From Octopus sinensis (taxonomy: Eukaryota), in the NCBI RefSeq assembly GCF_006345805.1, contig NC_042999.1, forward strand, positions 53,134,001-53,198,000: 64,000 bases of DNA, read 5' to 3'. The translations under genes and the position numbers were made by a program. Each line of letters opens with the position of its first letter. The first letter of the stretch is position 1. Positions 50,951-64,000 of this stretch are shown piece after piece. The notes under the pieces were generated by a model. The model was given only the letters and a program-made list of their open reading frames with translations, was not told the origin of the DNA and made no database searches.

Positions 50951-51615
50951 TGGACTTTTTGTATAATACGCTTGTTACACTGAGAAAGCAACACATATGT
51001 CATCGGACCAATGCTTTGTGTATTTGTTTCTGTGTGTGTGTGATTTTTTCTTTTGTTTTTCTTTTCATTATTTGAAGTCTTCCAGAAAGTTAGCAGCTAT
51101 TTACTCACAGAGACAATTGTCCGTCGCTCGAATGTCGACGATACAAATAATTCATTCATATTTTCAACTTGAGAAATAGTTGCATAGTCATATTTGCAGA
51201 TTGTATTTGTTATGCACGTGTTATCTGGGTTTTTGTCTTTAGTCTGTAAACCTTCGCTCATTCAGATTGTCACTTATGCATTTCCTCACAAGTGTTCCAA
51301 TTAGCATTGGCATAAATGTGAATTTATAATCAGCGTGTAGAAGCTGAAATTTTCAAACCAGAAGTAATTTCTCTTCGATTTTCAAAAAGTTATTCACGTC
51401 AGAAGGGTAGCTTTTCCTTTTGACGGTAAATAACATTATTTGTCTCCAGCAAATAGCAATACCTGGCCCGTTATGTTAGTACTTGATAGAAAAATTAGTG
51501 GAACTGTTCCACTAATATTCTTTGTATTGACGTTTATGTATGTAATGAACCTCTGTGCGATTTTCGATATTATCACTGGAAAGTCTGTTTTCCGAATGGT
51601 ATTGTATCTTGCTTA

Positions 51616-51849
51616 GGCGACAAGCTGGCAGCAACGTTAGCACGGCGGGTGAAATGCTTAGCGGTATTTCGTCTGCCTCTACGTTCTGAGTTCAAATTCC
51701 GCCGTGGTCAACTTTGCCTTTCATCCTTTCGGGGTCGATTAAATAAGTACCAGTTACGCACTGGGGTCGATATAATCGACTTAATCCGTTTGTCTGTCTT
51801 TGTTTGTCCTCTTTGCGTTTAGCCCCTTGTGGGGAGTAAAGAAATAGGT
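51616..51849 (+). mobile_element. SINE family B, full length
   Basis: Head, central domain and AGTAAAGAAATAGG end. Confidence 0.92.
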
Positions 51850-52149
51850 ATTGTATCTTGCTTTAGGTACAACATCGTGTCACATTCGGAGAGGGAGTAC
51901 TTTGATATATTTTAGCGACTGATGATCACGCGTGTGATATCTTCCACAGAAAGATATCACATTTTCAGTTGTATCTTGAGGCCCACGTTCTTCATTGATT
52001 ATGTATTCATTTATTTATATATTTAGTTATTTTTCTTAATAGAACAATTTAACTGTGTATCAGTAATGAAGACGAAACGGTGGATATTTCAAGTCCTACA
52101 AATAATGAAATGCATTTGGAACATTAAATATAAAAAGAAAAATATCACC

Positions 52150-52325
52150 AACATAGGCTGGACCTCTTCCTGTCAGGTGTCCCAGATGAACCAACTTCAC
52201 GGCAGGAGGTGCACAAAATGTCAATTGCTAAAAAGCATTCGTGAAGTAAAATCATGTAGCAACACCGAATGGCGGTGCCCCAGCATGGCCACAGCTCGTG
52301 AGCTGAAACTAGATGAAAATGAAAA
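52150..52325 (+). mobile_element. CR1-type LINE extreme 3' end
   Basis: LDLFLSGVPDEPTSRQEV resembles CR1 C-terminal 'LD.FL..VPD.P'; ends in (GAAAAT)n. Confidence 0.6.
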
Positions 52326-52859
52326 TGAACAAAAAAATAGGCATTGAAATATTACCTTAGAAAAGTTTTAATTAGCCCCGATATTTCGAGTTAAATACTT
52401 TTCTAAATTTCTACTGATACACTTTATGTAGAAACTTATGTAGAAAATTGAAGTTGCTGTCACAGCCAATTTTAATGCGTTTCTTTGATTCTTGGTTGGA
52501 ATGGTTATTTAACTGCCGTAAAGATTACTTGAGGCAGGAAGACAGGTATATAAGTAGCGTAGCGAAATATATAGAAGCTTAGTAATATAGAAACGACGCT
52601 GATGCAAGTTGAACGTTGAATATAAAAAATAACTGCAATAAAGTGTGTAGAAATGTTCCCTTACGAACTTATAATTAGCCTTGTTGTTACATGTTAAAAA
52701 TACTTTCCAAAGCTCTAAATATAGATAGGAGTAAACTGAGGTTCGTAGGCGAGTGGAATATTTGTGTCTGTTATACATACACACGCTTGCACACAAGCCT
52801 ACTCGTATGGATGTGCACACACACACACACACATACACCCATACACACGCAAACATATA

Positions 52860-52890
52860 TATGTATATGTATGTATGTATGTATATGTAT

Positions 52891-52930
<40 letters not shown>

Positions 52931-52952
52931 CGCGTATACATATCTGCAGATA

Positions 52953-53039
<87 letters not shown>

Positions 53040-53048
53040 TATATATAG

Positions 53049-53096
<48 letters not shown>

Positions 53097-53100
53097 CATA
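52860..53100. repeat. (TA)n microsatellite
   Basis: Dinucleotide array. Confidence 0.97.
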
Positions 53101-53271
53101 CATCTGTACATACATACATTTGTACATAGATACACGTACACGCACACGCATACCAATTTATATATATATACATATGTAAGTAAATATTTAAATATATGTT
53201 TGATATTTATCACACGCAAGAATAGCACATATATATATATGTGTGAGTGTGTGTGCGTATGTGTGTGTGTG

Positions 53272-53306
<35 letters not shown>

Positions 53307-54964
53307 AACGAGAAGAAACTTCCATAAAAAAGTAGTTATTTTAAAAACATATATTCTAAACTGGTTGAGCGCAACTGTAATTATCCCTCAGATTGCACTT
53401 GGAGTATCATGAACTCTAACGAAGTTTTAATTATCGATATTTCTTCGTTGCTCTAGTGAAAGAGGAGAGAGAGACAGATCTGCTTCTCCATATAATTGTA
53501 ATATGGTTTACTGCTCCTATGTCCTTTATTACAAAATACATCATGACACACATCCTTCATTATCTGATTTTGGTTTTTGTGTACTTTTGCTCATGTTATT
53601 AATATGTGTAACCTGTTATTTTCCCAGCATGGAACCTCCGTGTTTAGGTTGAAGATATGCTTATCAGATGCAGCATTGGCAACTATATTTTCTTTATTTA
53701 ATTGCATATTATCACGATTAGTGATGAGTGGTGAATATTTATTGTTCGTAAGAGATTCACAGAATATGTAACAACGAGAATAAGAAGGGATCAGGTGTAA
53801 ATTTATGCAGAACAAATACATATTGCGAATCGTTCACAGAAAATCACTGCCCTTTGGATGCTATCTATATGTATATATTATGACATTACTGTCGAAAACA
53901 TACCTACATTGATACATACAGTCACATGCATATATAAACACATTCTTACATACACACACAGTGTATATATATATATAGTGCATAATTACATGTGATCATT
54001 TGTATAAATATATACGTAGTGCTCTCGTATATATGTACGTACATCGCTCTGTAGTGTATGCCTCCAGACATGCATAGGCCATACATCTATACAGGTTACG
54101 GACAGCATGGCTTATACGATAGGTCAGAAGATGGTCATTGACCCTATTCGTCACTCATGAATACTAGAATCATTGCCTAGATGACATGCTTACAGAATCA
54201 GAAACACCCCAAGATTTCGGAGACATTTTTTTCATGTCCAGAATTGCTGCAGCATAGAATGAAATATCAGCATCAATTGTTAATTGTCGGAATTTCCACA
54301 TCCTTCAAGAATCCTAAGCTTCCCGAAATCTGCCAAGAATACGTTATATGTTACCTTTTTTATGACTCATTCACTGTTCATTTTCCTATCATTTTTCTGC
54401 AATGAATTCTACATGCACTGTTAACTAACTTTTCTAATGAGTTGTTGATCAGTACAGCACTGTGTACAATACGCCATTGTTATTATATTAGGATATGAGA
54501 TCACATACATCTACAACCATTAACGCACGCACAAGCATTCAAACGTATCTGCCACTACCGTGAATCAAAGTGATAGTGTTACTACTTGTATGTGTGTGAT
54601 TCCTCAGTGAGTCTTGTTTAAATTGATTCTAGAATTGCAAACAATTTAATCACTGAGGATGCCCACACACACACAAACACACGTACACGCACGCACACAC
54701 ATACATATGTGTATATATATAAAGGAAAATGAATGTTTCCGTCTCGATCCATGTCAGGTTTACTTATTTTGCCAGCCGAGTGTACGGGAGCAGCGTGAAA
54801 TGAAGTGTTAAGATCATGAGTCCAACACCCTAACCACTAAACCACTTGCATGTAAACATGTGTGTCTGTCTGTCTATCTATCTGCCCCACCTTGTTTATT
54901 AATCTGTATTCATACCCAGGATTAAATGAGGAATCAAATTAATCAATAACTCCCCATCGTTCAT

Positions 54965-55260
54965 AGCTTTCCGTCGGTTACTTCGGTGTGTGTTATGATT
55001 GACCCGACCAATGGAACAATCTGGCGGTGAAATTAATCTGTAAGTGTTTCAGCACTCCACAGACAAGTTTACCCCTAACGTAGTTCTGAGGGAGATTCAA
55101 CGTGACGCAGAAGTGACAAGCAGGTACTACTCATTTTTAGCAGCTAAATAGAGTGGAACAACATGAAATAAAGCGTCTTGCTCAAGGACAAAACGCGCCA
55201 AACTCACGATTTACGACTGTGACACGAATGCCCTCACCACTAAGTGGCGCACCTTCAAAC
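54965..55260 (-). mobile_element. Degenerate SINE family C-like copy
   Basis: AGCACTCCACAGAC, CGTAGTTCT..AGATTCAACGTGAC shared with 59660-60033. Confidence 0.6.
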
Positions 55261-56504
55261 ATCCATTGCTACATGACATAGTTATGAGTGGTGTAGATGT
55301 GTAGATAATGCACAATAAAGTCAAGGTTTCCAAATACAGTATAATCACGTCAGAAACACAAGTCTTTGGAATGTGGACATGCTTCAGCACTGCCTTAAAG
55401 CATTCTGTCGAAATGAATCTAGTTAGTTTCATTCGTGATATGAGCCCCTTTAATCTTGCTCAGATTGTTTTTAATTATGGTGTATCGATGCAACTTTGAA
55501 TTTGATTACGCTCAACCAATGACTTTATCTTGTAAATTAAAGAATCTGATGTTATTTGGAATTGATGTTGGAAAAATTGGGTAATTTAGAAGCCTACAAT
55601 GAACAGGTCATTTCACAGACGCTAAACTATAAATTTCACAGGGTACAACCTTAAAGCTGACATCACTTACTAAACGCAGAAGATGTCTGTCTCGTTTTTC
55701 CGATTTTTAAACCTCTGTAAATTTTTCCGATAATGTTTTTCTGCACACCATCATACCTTCATAGCAATAAGACTGGAAAACTACATTATTATAGCCGATT
55801 TTCAGATTTTTTACTTCCATTTAAAAAACACACACTTTGTGAATAAGTTTAAATAGATCCGTCGAACTAATTGTATTTTTCAAGCCTGGTGCGCTTTATC
55901 GATGCATCGCTAACCTGCCGAATCGCTAAGTTACGGAGACGTAAACCCATTCATACAGTTTGCCGAGCGGTGGTCGGGGACAAAGACACGCACATACACA
56001 CATGCACACATATGCATTCATACACACACACAAATACACACGCACACATATACACACTATAAGCTTCTGCACAAAATTTACATACAGCGTATCCTGGGGC
56101 TATGACAGATAAAATTAAGTCGTTCAGTAACTATGCATGTGTGCATAGAATTGTATGAAGAGGAAATTCTTTCCTCAGAGATTTCATGTGTAACTTACGA
56201 TATAATATATTATACTATATAATATATAAATACACATACATACATTCACACACACACACACACATACATACGATTATATATATATATATATATACATATC
56301 ACAACCACATACACACACACACAGACCAGCGCGCACGCACATATCCACACATTCACACACATACCTCCTTCTCTTATACTCTCCTGTTTTTGAAAGAACT
56401 TTTTCTTCACCCATTCCCTTCCGGTCATTCAAAACGTGACCACGAGTGTATTGTTGGCGATTTTTTCCTCGGTCTTCCCTTCCTTGGATCTTTCCTTTCC
56501 CTAT

Positions 56505-56539
56505 ATTTCTGACGAAGAGCTCTGCTCGAAACGTTGAAT
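56505..56539 (+). ncRNA. Minimal type I hammerhead ribozyme, intact core
   Basis: AUUU-CUGACGA-A-GAGC-UCU-GCUC-GAAA-CG-UU-GAAU; palindromic AACGUU, GUU site. Confidence 0.75.
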
Positions 56540-56640
56540 CATCCTTCTTTCTTTCATTTCCTGAACGTCCAATAACACTATACTTATTCCACGTCCTCGC
56601 ATTGTTGTGTTTTCTTTTTGTACTTTCATTTTTGGATTAA

Positions 56641-56674
<34 letters not shown>

Positions 56675-56964
56675 CTGCAACAACAGGCCGCAGTTTATGA
56701 CTTAGACATTAAATACTTTCCCTTCACGAAGTGAGTAGAAATGACGCTGGAGTCAGTTTGACCTTATTTTCCTGAGGCAATTGCTAAGATAATTACTTAT
56801 TACCCTCTCAAGATTTTTCAGTCCACTAGGTACATTTTGTGCAAATTTGTACTTGTCGCTGTGTGAACAAAATCCTTATTTATAATATAGATAGAATCTC
56901 ACCAGAAACTACCATGTAAATATATACATACATACATACATACATATATACATGTATATATATA

Positions 56965-57019
<55 letters not shown>

Positions 57020-57020
57020 A

Positions 57021-57057
<37 letters not shown>

Positions 57058-58443
57058 TGCATATATATTCATTGAGAGAGTGGGAGAGAGTGAGAAAGAT
57101 GAAATTAAATAGCTTGCACTCGCTTTAGTATTAAATAGATTATATATTTAGCCCATATCTCGCAGCTTTATCGATTACAGAAAAGCTAAAGCTGCCTACC
57201 GTGTTAATCTTCAACTATGTTGCTTAATATAGCGAGATAAGTATGTAAATATAATATTTTGTGATATGAAGAAAAGCAGCGGTATTTAATCTGTAAAACG
57301 CACGAAGAAAATGAAGACATTGAGGGACAGAAAATTAGAAGATACGAATCGTGTTTTTATTTTCTAATGGTATTCATGAGATATGTGAAGAAAACTGCAT
57401 CAGATGGCAACTAAATCCTTCTGTATATCGGACTCTATATTCCCAAATGTAAACCTGCAAAACTTTTCCTTATATCATTAATATCTTTGGTAAATGTATA
57501 AGTGCCACACGTTTCAGTTGTCTCAATATCAAACTTCGTATTCTTAGTAAACCAATCAATGATTCATGCCAGTTACTGGGGCGTTTACGCATTATTTGAT
57601 GTTCACCAAATACTAGTTATACTTTTATACCCTTGTACAGGAATATAATATAACGAAGCAGGAGAGAAGAAAGTATATACACAACGCACTATTATTACTA
57701 TTACACGAGATTTAACGGTCTATATCAAAGACTCACAGTGAACTGCTACCAACACGAACTGCCAATCGCTCACATTCTAGTCACTTAAGGGGTGGTCGGA
57801 ATCCCTCCACAACATATACCTACATCAAAATCACAGCTAATCCCCTTAAAAAATAGCTTATATTATTGTGTAATGCTGTTCTTAATACAATATGCTTGAA
57901 ACAACGAAAGACATGGTGGTCCCGGCCGGATGACTTTTGTCATTGATCAGCTCGATCAGAATTTTCCTTGGGCTAAACTAGAAACACAGCAACAACAAAC
58001 AATTGCTGATTCTTATCAATTCTAATGTCTTTCTTTCAGTAACAATTAGCGTTTTTCTGTTTATAATTTTGTGGATGTCAATTTGTAACGCTGGACAGAT
58101 TAAATCTTTGGTCGGTGCACAGTTATGGCCTAAAATGGAAGAGAAAATCACAGACTGGTTTCGGAAAAAGATGTAGAGAAAGATAAGGAGAGTTCTCGAA
58201 AACCGTTGTATTTTGAGACATTACTCATCAAGAAGAAGATTTGTAATGAAGGAAAATGAAGATCGCCTCTGGAATTACAGACTATTCAATTCAAAACTTT
58301 CCATTCCATTGTTATTCTTCTTTTTATTGTAACAACAGAATATTTTCAAATAAAAGATTTGATGAATGTAATACACAATTCTTTAGGAAGATATATCAAC
58401 ACACACACATACACACATACACATATATATACATACACACATA

Positions 58444-58485
<42 letters not shown>

Positions 58486-58486
58486 C

Positions 58487-58524
<38 letters not shown>

Positions 58525-58989
58525 CGTAAAGGTTTCTCTATCTAAATCCTTCTGTCTCCCCCTCCCTCTCTCTTCTTCCCTCTTCCTCTCCCCAACCCCT
58601 CTTTCGTCATCATTTCCCCGCCATCCCTTTCTCTCATCTCTTTCCGTAACCCCCTCTCACCCCTCTCGCTCCCTCCCTCTATCTTCCCCCCCTCTCTCTC
58701 TCTCTGAACTTATGCATGCAAACATACATAGATATACACGTACATGTGTGTGTGATTGTGTGTTTTAACATTCTTTGGAAGTTTTTAAAGATGTTTAAAA
58801 GATATTTACTCAATAATTCATTAGTTTTACTTTAGCAAAATATTTCTTTAAATAATCTATTTTAAATTTTTTAATTCTTTTTTGTTTTTAACATATCATT
58901 TTGCTTTCAAAATTGTCCTATACTGAAATTCGTGACAAACTTCAAAACTGGATATATTCGAACCTCACCTCAAAGACCAACAAATACCA

Positions 58990-59398
58990 CCAGTGGTATT
59001 CCACAAAGGGTTGTATTGGAGCAACAATAGACATCTCAAATGCTATAAAGCACTGTAAAATGAAAGTATTTCCAGATGATTCCAAGATTGAAAAACTTAT
59101 CAATGGAAAACGAGAACGAATCTCACTCCAATCTCTTCCGCATGCTAGAAGTCAAATTGCGGACAGGAATAACACGCGGTCAAATGAGGAAATCATTGCA
59201 TTCATGCACTTTGGAAAAGAAAATACACTCATTCCTGAAGAAAGACCCCTTGGAAGGAAAGCGCCACGGTTTTCCTTCAGGAAAATCATACCTGGCATCG
59301 GATACCAGAAACTTAGGAGTAACTTAGCAGCTCGAAATGTGAGCTTCTCGATGCTGCCTGTGATCTCCCGCTTACTACAAAAACATCATCAGAATTGA
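58990..59398 (+). pseudogene. CR1/L2-type reverse transcriptase fragment
   Basis: KVFPDDSKI (FADDTKI-like) followed by AFMHFGKEN. Confidence 0.65.
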
Positions 59399-59420
59399 AG
59401 CATTACAGAAAAAGAATTAC

Positions 59421-59469
<49 letters not shown>

Positions 59470-59602
59470 CGTGTGTGACTGTGTTGTGTGTGTGTGTGTG
59501 TGTACGCAAAAGAAAAAATCTCTATGCCAAGATGCTGAAAATTACACACACACATATATGCATATATATATGCATATTATACATATATATATATGTATAT
59601 GT

Positions 59603-59659
<57 letters not shown>

Positions 59660-59662
<3 letters not shown>

Positions 59663-60033
59663 AGCACTCCGTCGGTTACGACGACGAGGGTTCCGATTGA
59701 TCCGATCAACGGAACAGTCTGCTCGTGAAATTAACGTGTAAGTGGCTGAGCACTCCACAGGCACGTGTACTCGTAGTTCTCGGAGATATTCAGCGTGACA
59801 CAGAGAGTAACAAGGCCGGCCCTTTGAAATACAGGTACAACAGGAACAGGAAGTAAGAGTGAGAGACAGTTGTGGTGAAAGAGTACAGCAGGGATCACGA
59901 CCATCCCTGCCGGAGCTCGTGGAGCTTTAGGTGTTTTCGCTCAATAAACACTCACAACGCCCGGCCTGGGAATCGAAACCGCGATCCTACGACCGCGAGT
60001 CCGCTGCCCTAACCACTGGGCCATTGCGCCTCC
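59660..60033 (-). mobile_element. SINE family C, well preserved
   Basis: GGAGGCGCAATGGCCCAGTGGTTAGGGCAGCGGACTCGCGGTCGTAGGATCGCGGTTTCGATTCCC head. Confidence 0.92.
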
Positions 60034-60034
60034 A

Positions 60035-60157
60035 CACACACACACACACACACACACACCACACACACACACACACACATATATATATAATATATATATA
60101 TTATAACTCTCTCTGAGATTTATCATATATATATATATATTATATATATATATATAT

Positions 60158-60195
<38 letters not shown>

Positions 60196-61385
60196 ATATA
60201 TATATATATATACACTCACTCTCTATTTGTATCAGTCATATGACTGCAGCCATGCTGGAGCACCGTCTTTGTAAGCCTAGTATTTTTCTATCGAACTGTT
60301 TTACCGAAGCACTAAGTTACTGGGACGTAAACACACCAAAATCGGTTGCCAAGCGATGGTGGTGGGGAACAAACACATACACGCAAACACATACACGCAT
60401 ATATATATACACACGACGGGTTTCTTTCAGTTTCTGTCTACCAAATCCACTCACTAGGCTTTGGTCGGTCCGAGAAGGCATTCGCCTAAGGAACTGAACC
60501 CGGAACCATGTGATTTGGAACGAAGCTTTTTACCACACAGCAATGCCTGTGCCTATATACATACATTTTTTTAATATATATATTTATGTGTGTAAGCCGA
60601 TATACGTGTGTATTTGTATATCTGGAGGTTCTGCGCACTTCTATTCGTCTACAACAGTATATGATTGTGACTTGATAATATATGCCGAGATGTATATTTG
60701 CATATGTACTGATTTGAGTCCCGGTTTGTGCAAAAATAGGCGAATATATGTGTAAATATGTATATGATTGTTTTTATTGCTATCAGCACCGATGATGCTA
60801 TACCTTGATACATAAGCACTCAGCTGCTAGTTCAATAGCTTTTAATTGCAGAAACAGCTGAAAGCCGATGAAGTTGATTACACAATAATTCGTGTCTTGA
60901 CATTAATAATTCATTTTGTATTTGCCTAACGCTTCATTCTGAGGCAAATGTGCATTGGGTTCTAAATGCAGCTTACCAGTATCACCAGCCCCCCACACAC
61001 ACATGTAAAGATATTATTATTAATAAATAATATCAACAATAACATAAAAGGTCAGCAAGCATTAAAGCCAAAAAGGCAAATTCATAAATTATGATTAATT
61101 ATTAATTATAATTCAGGGAACACGAACTGCCAGCATTGCTAGAAATAAGAGTAGAAAAATGCTCAAATAAGCCACCATTTCACTGAAAATCAACAGGCTG
61201 GCGAAATCGAAGAACGAGCAAAAATTAACTGACCATTGCGGTTGAAAGTCGCAAATGAGGATCACACACACACACACACACACCACACACACACACAACA
61301 CACACACATATTATATATATATATATATTATAACTCTCTCTGAGATTTATCATTATATATATATATATTATATATATATATATAT

Positions 61386-61423
<38 letters not shown>

Positions 61424-62491
61424 ATATATATATATATATACACTCACTCTCTATTTGTATCAGTCATATGACTGCAGCCATGCTGGAGCACCGTCTTTGT
61501 AAGCCTAGTATTTTTCTATCGAACTGTTTTACCGAAGCACTAAGTTACTGGGACGTAAACACACCAAAATCGGTTGCCAAGCGATGGTGGTGGGGAACAA
61601 ACACATACACGCAAACACATACACGCATATATATATACACACGACGGGTTTCTTTCAGTTTCTGTCTACCAAATCCACTCACTAGGCTTTGGTCGGTCCG
61701 AGAAGGCATTCGCCTAAGGAACTGAACCCGGAACCATGTGATTTGGAACGAAGCTTTTTACCACACAGCAATGCCTGTGCCTATATACATACATTTTTTT
61801 AATATATATATTTATGTGTGTAAGCCGATATACGTGTGTATTTGTATATCTGGAGGTTCTGCGCACTTCTATTCGTCTACAACAGTATATGATTGTGACT
61901 TGATAATATATGCCGAGATGTATATTTGCATATGTACTGATTTGAGTCCCGGTTTGTGCAAAAATAGGCGAATATATGTGTAAATATGTATATGATTGTT
62001 TTTATTGCTATCAGCACCGATGATGCTATACCTTGATACATAAGCACTCAGCTGCTAGTTCAATAGCTTTTAATTGCAGAAACAGCTGAAAGCCGATGAA
62101 GTTGATTACACAATAATTCGTGTCTTGACATTAATAATTCATTTTGTATTTGCCTAACGCTTCATTCTGAGGCAAATGTGCATTGGGTTCTAAATGCAGC
62201 TTACCAGTATCACCAGCCCCCCACACACACATGTAAAGATATTATTATTAATAAATAATATCAACAATAACATAAAAGGTCAGCAAGCATTAAAGCCAAA
62301 AAGGCAAATTCATAAATTTATGATTAATTATTAATTATAATTCAGGGAACACGAACTGCCAGCATTGCTAGAAATAAGAGTAGAAAAATGCTCAAATAAG
62401 CCACCATTTCACTGAAAATTCAACAGGCTGGCGAAATCGAAGAACGAGCAAAAATTAACTGACCATTGCGGTTGAAAGTCGCAAATGAGGA

Positions 62492-62493
<2 letters not shown>
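60035..62493. repeat. Near-identical 1.23-kb tandem duplication containing a family A SINE (60215-60555, 61443-61783)
   Basis: Identical ORF translations at 60240/61468 and 60510/61738; (CA)n at the unit boundaries. Confidence 0.95.
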
Positions 62494-62583
<90 letters not shown>

Positions 62584-62939
62584 TTTATATATATGTGTGT
62601 GTGTGTAAGAGAGAGATATACTCTGTATAGAATACACTTCGTAGTGCTGAAAAGATTCAAACTTGAACACGTAGAGGAGTAAACGCAAGGACAAGCAACT
62701 TAGGCATTTCGATATACAAAAAATATTAAATACATTCAATAAAAAAAATGTACGCATGTTTACGTTTTTTAATATTAAATGTATTTAATATATTTTGTAA
62801 ATCGACTTGCCTGACTTGCTTGCCTTTTCATTTCCTCATATACATATATACTACATATATACATATGTGTGTGTCTATGTGTGTAAGTATATATATACAC
62901 GCACACAATAGCATTATATATTGCGCACGTGTTTATAGG

Positions 62940-63080
62940 TTAATCGATTACCTCGACCCCAATACTCAGCAGGTACTTATTTTGACGACCTTGACGTAAT
63001 TTGAACTCGGAACGGTAAGACAGACGAAATGCCGCTAAGCATTTTGTCCGACATGCTAACAATTCTGCCCGATCGCCGCC
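62940..63080 (-). mobile_element. SINE family B, partial
   Basis: Reverse-complement GGCGGCGATCGGGCAGAATTGTTAGCATG head. Confidence 0.75.
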
Positions 63081-63307
63081 ATTTTATATGTCTATATTAA
63101 TTCCCGTTTACTTTCAGTTCTCTTTATTTGACGACATTTTCTTACATTTAATATCTTTTTATGTCCCCTTTTCTACTTGCTTCACTTTGACCCCCATCAT
63201 CTTATCCAACCCTCACACATCGTTCACCATTATTCTGAGGTGGAATTAATGCCAAGCAGAATCTTGTCACCACAAAGTCTTCTTTTCAAAGAAATTATAT
63301 ATCCTGA

Positions 63308-63691
63308 CTAGCAGTATCGCCCGGCGTTGCTCAGGTTTGTAAGGGAAATAACTATAAAGCATTTTTAGAGAGTTATAGCCAAAAAATAGCAAAAAAAATG
63401 GAAAAAAATGATGGTAAATTTTTTTTTTAGTTAAAAAAGGTGGAGTTGCGTCCCCTAGACAGTTTGCGGTTTGTGTTTCTGATTCTCGACCCCATGTCGA
63501 ATTTATCGATTTTTTTCAGAACTGGGGGAACTTTTCAAAATTTTCGCTGCGTTAGTTTTGAATTATGACATTGGGCTATGTGTGTGTCAAGTTTCATCAT
63601 AATCGGTTGAAAGCCGTGGTCAGGGTGAGGGTACAAGCAAACAGACACACAGAAACACGCACAGACAAACTGCCGTTTATATAGAGAGAGA
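63308..63691 (-). mobile_element. Non-autonomous Helitron
   Basis: Minus strand A|TCTCTCTCTATATAAACGGC ... GCGATACTGCTAG|T. Confidence 0.75.
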
Positions 63692-64000
63692 TAAATGCAT
63701 ATAGATATCTATCGCCCTCTCTACATGTCTGTTTTTCCCCCTCTCAGTCTGTCTTTCTCCGTCTCTCTCTATCTTTCCCTCTCTCAGTCTTTCTCTCTCC
63801 CCGTCACTCTCCTTCTCTCTATCTATACATATACACATAGAAACAAACTGACAGACAGATATTACTTTCGCTTCATATGTATGTCTGTGTGTTTTGAATA
63901 TGCGTGTATGTGTATATTTGCATGCATATATACATACTTATTCATAAGTACGTACATAATTATAGAAAGGCATGAAAAGATGCACACATTAATAAAAGAG

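Noticed and set aside
54200-54310. Minus-strand frame MWKFRQLTIDADISFYAAAILDMKK with GTAAGC donor
   Set aside because: Weak acceptor, unrecognised product; cannot be supported without transcripts.

Overview
AT-rich, repeat-saturated eukaryotic DNA with no host protein-coding gene I can support; most listed ORFs are translated microsatellites. The SINE families and microsatellite load resemble an Octopus genome (inferred from recalled repeat sequences, not from a search). The window holds three tRNA-derived SINE families; LINE fragments (Tx1/L1-like, R4/Dong-like, CR1, RTE); a Penelope-like element (PLE) 3' fragment with an open 234-codon GIY-YIG endonuclease ORF; mariner, Tigger and fold-back MITEs; two non-autonomous Helitrons; a tRNA-like unit; and a near-identical 1.23-kb tandem duplication. 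Two things stand out. (1) About 15 type I hammerhead ribozyme (HHR) motifs, several with intact cores, sit in short non-coding elements, often beside (TA)n; several of these elements are fold-backs with the ribozyme in both arms or between inverted tails. (2) Two Tx1-like retroelements, one apparently ORF1-only, are inserted in tandem at the same ~15-nt site inside the tRNA-derived head of a SINE, with the target sequence present three times. All RNA folds and alignments were done by eye, and no activity is demonstrated.
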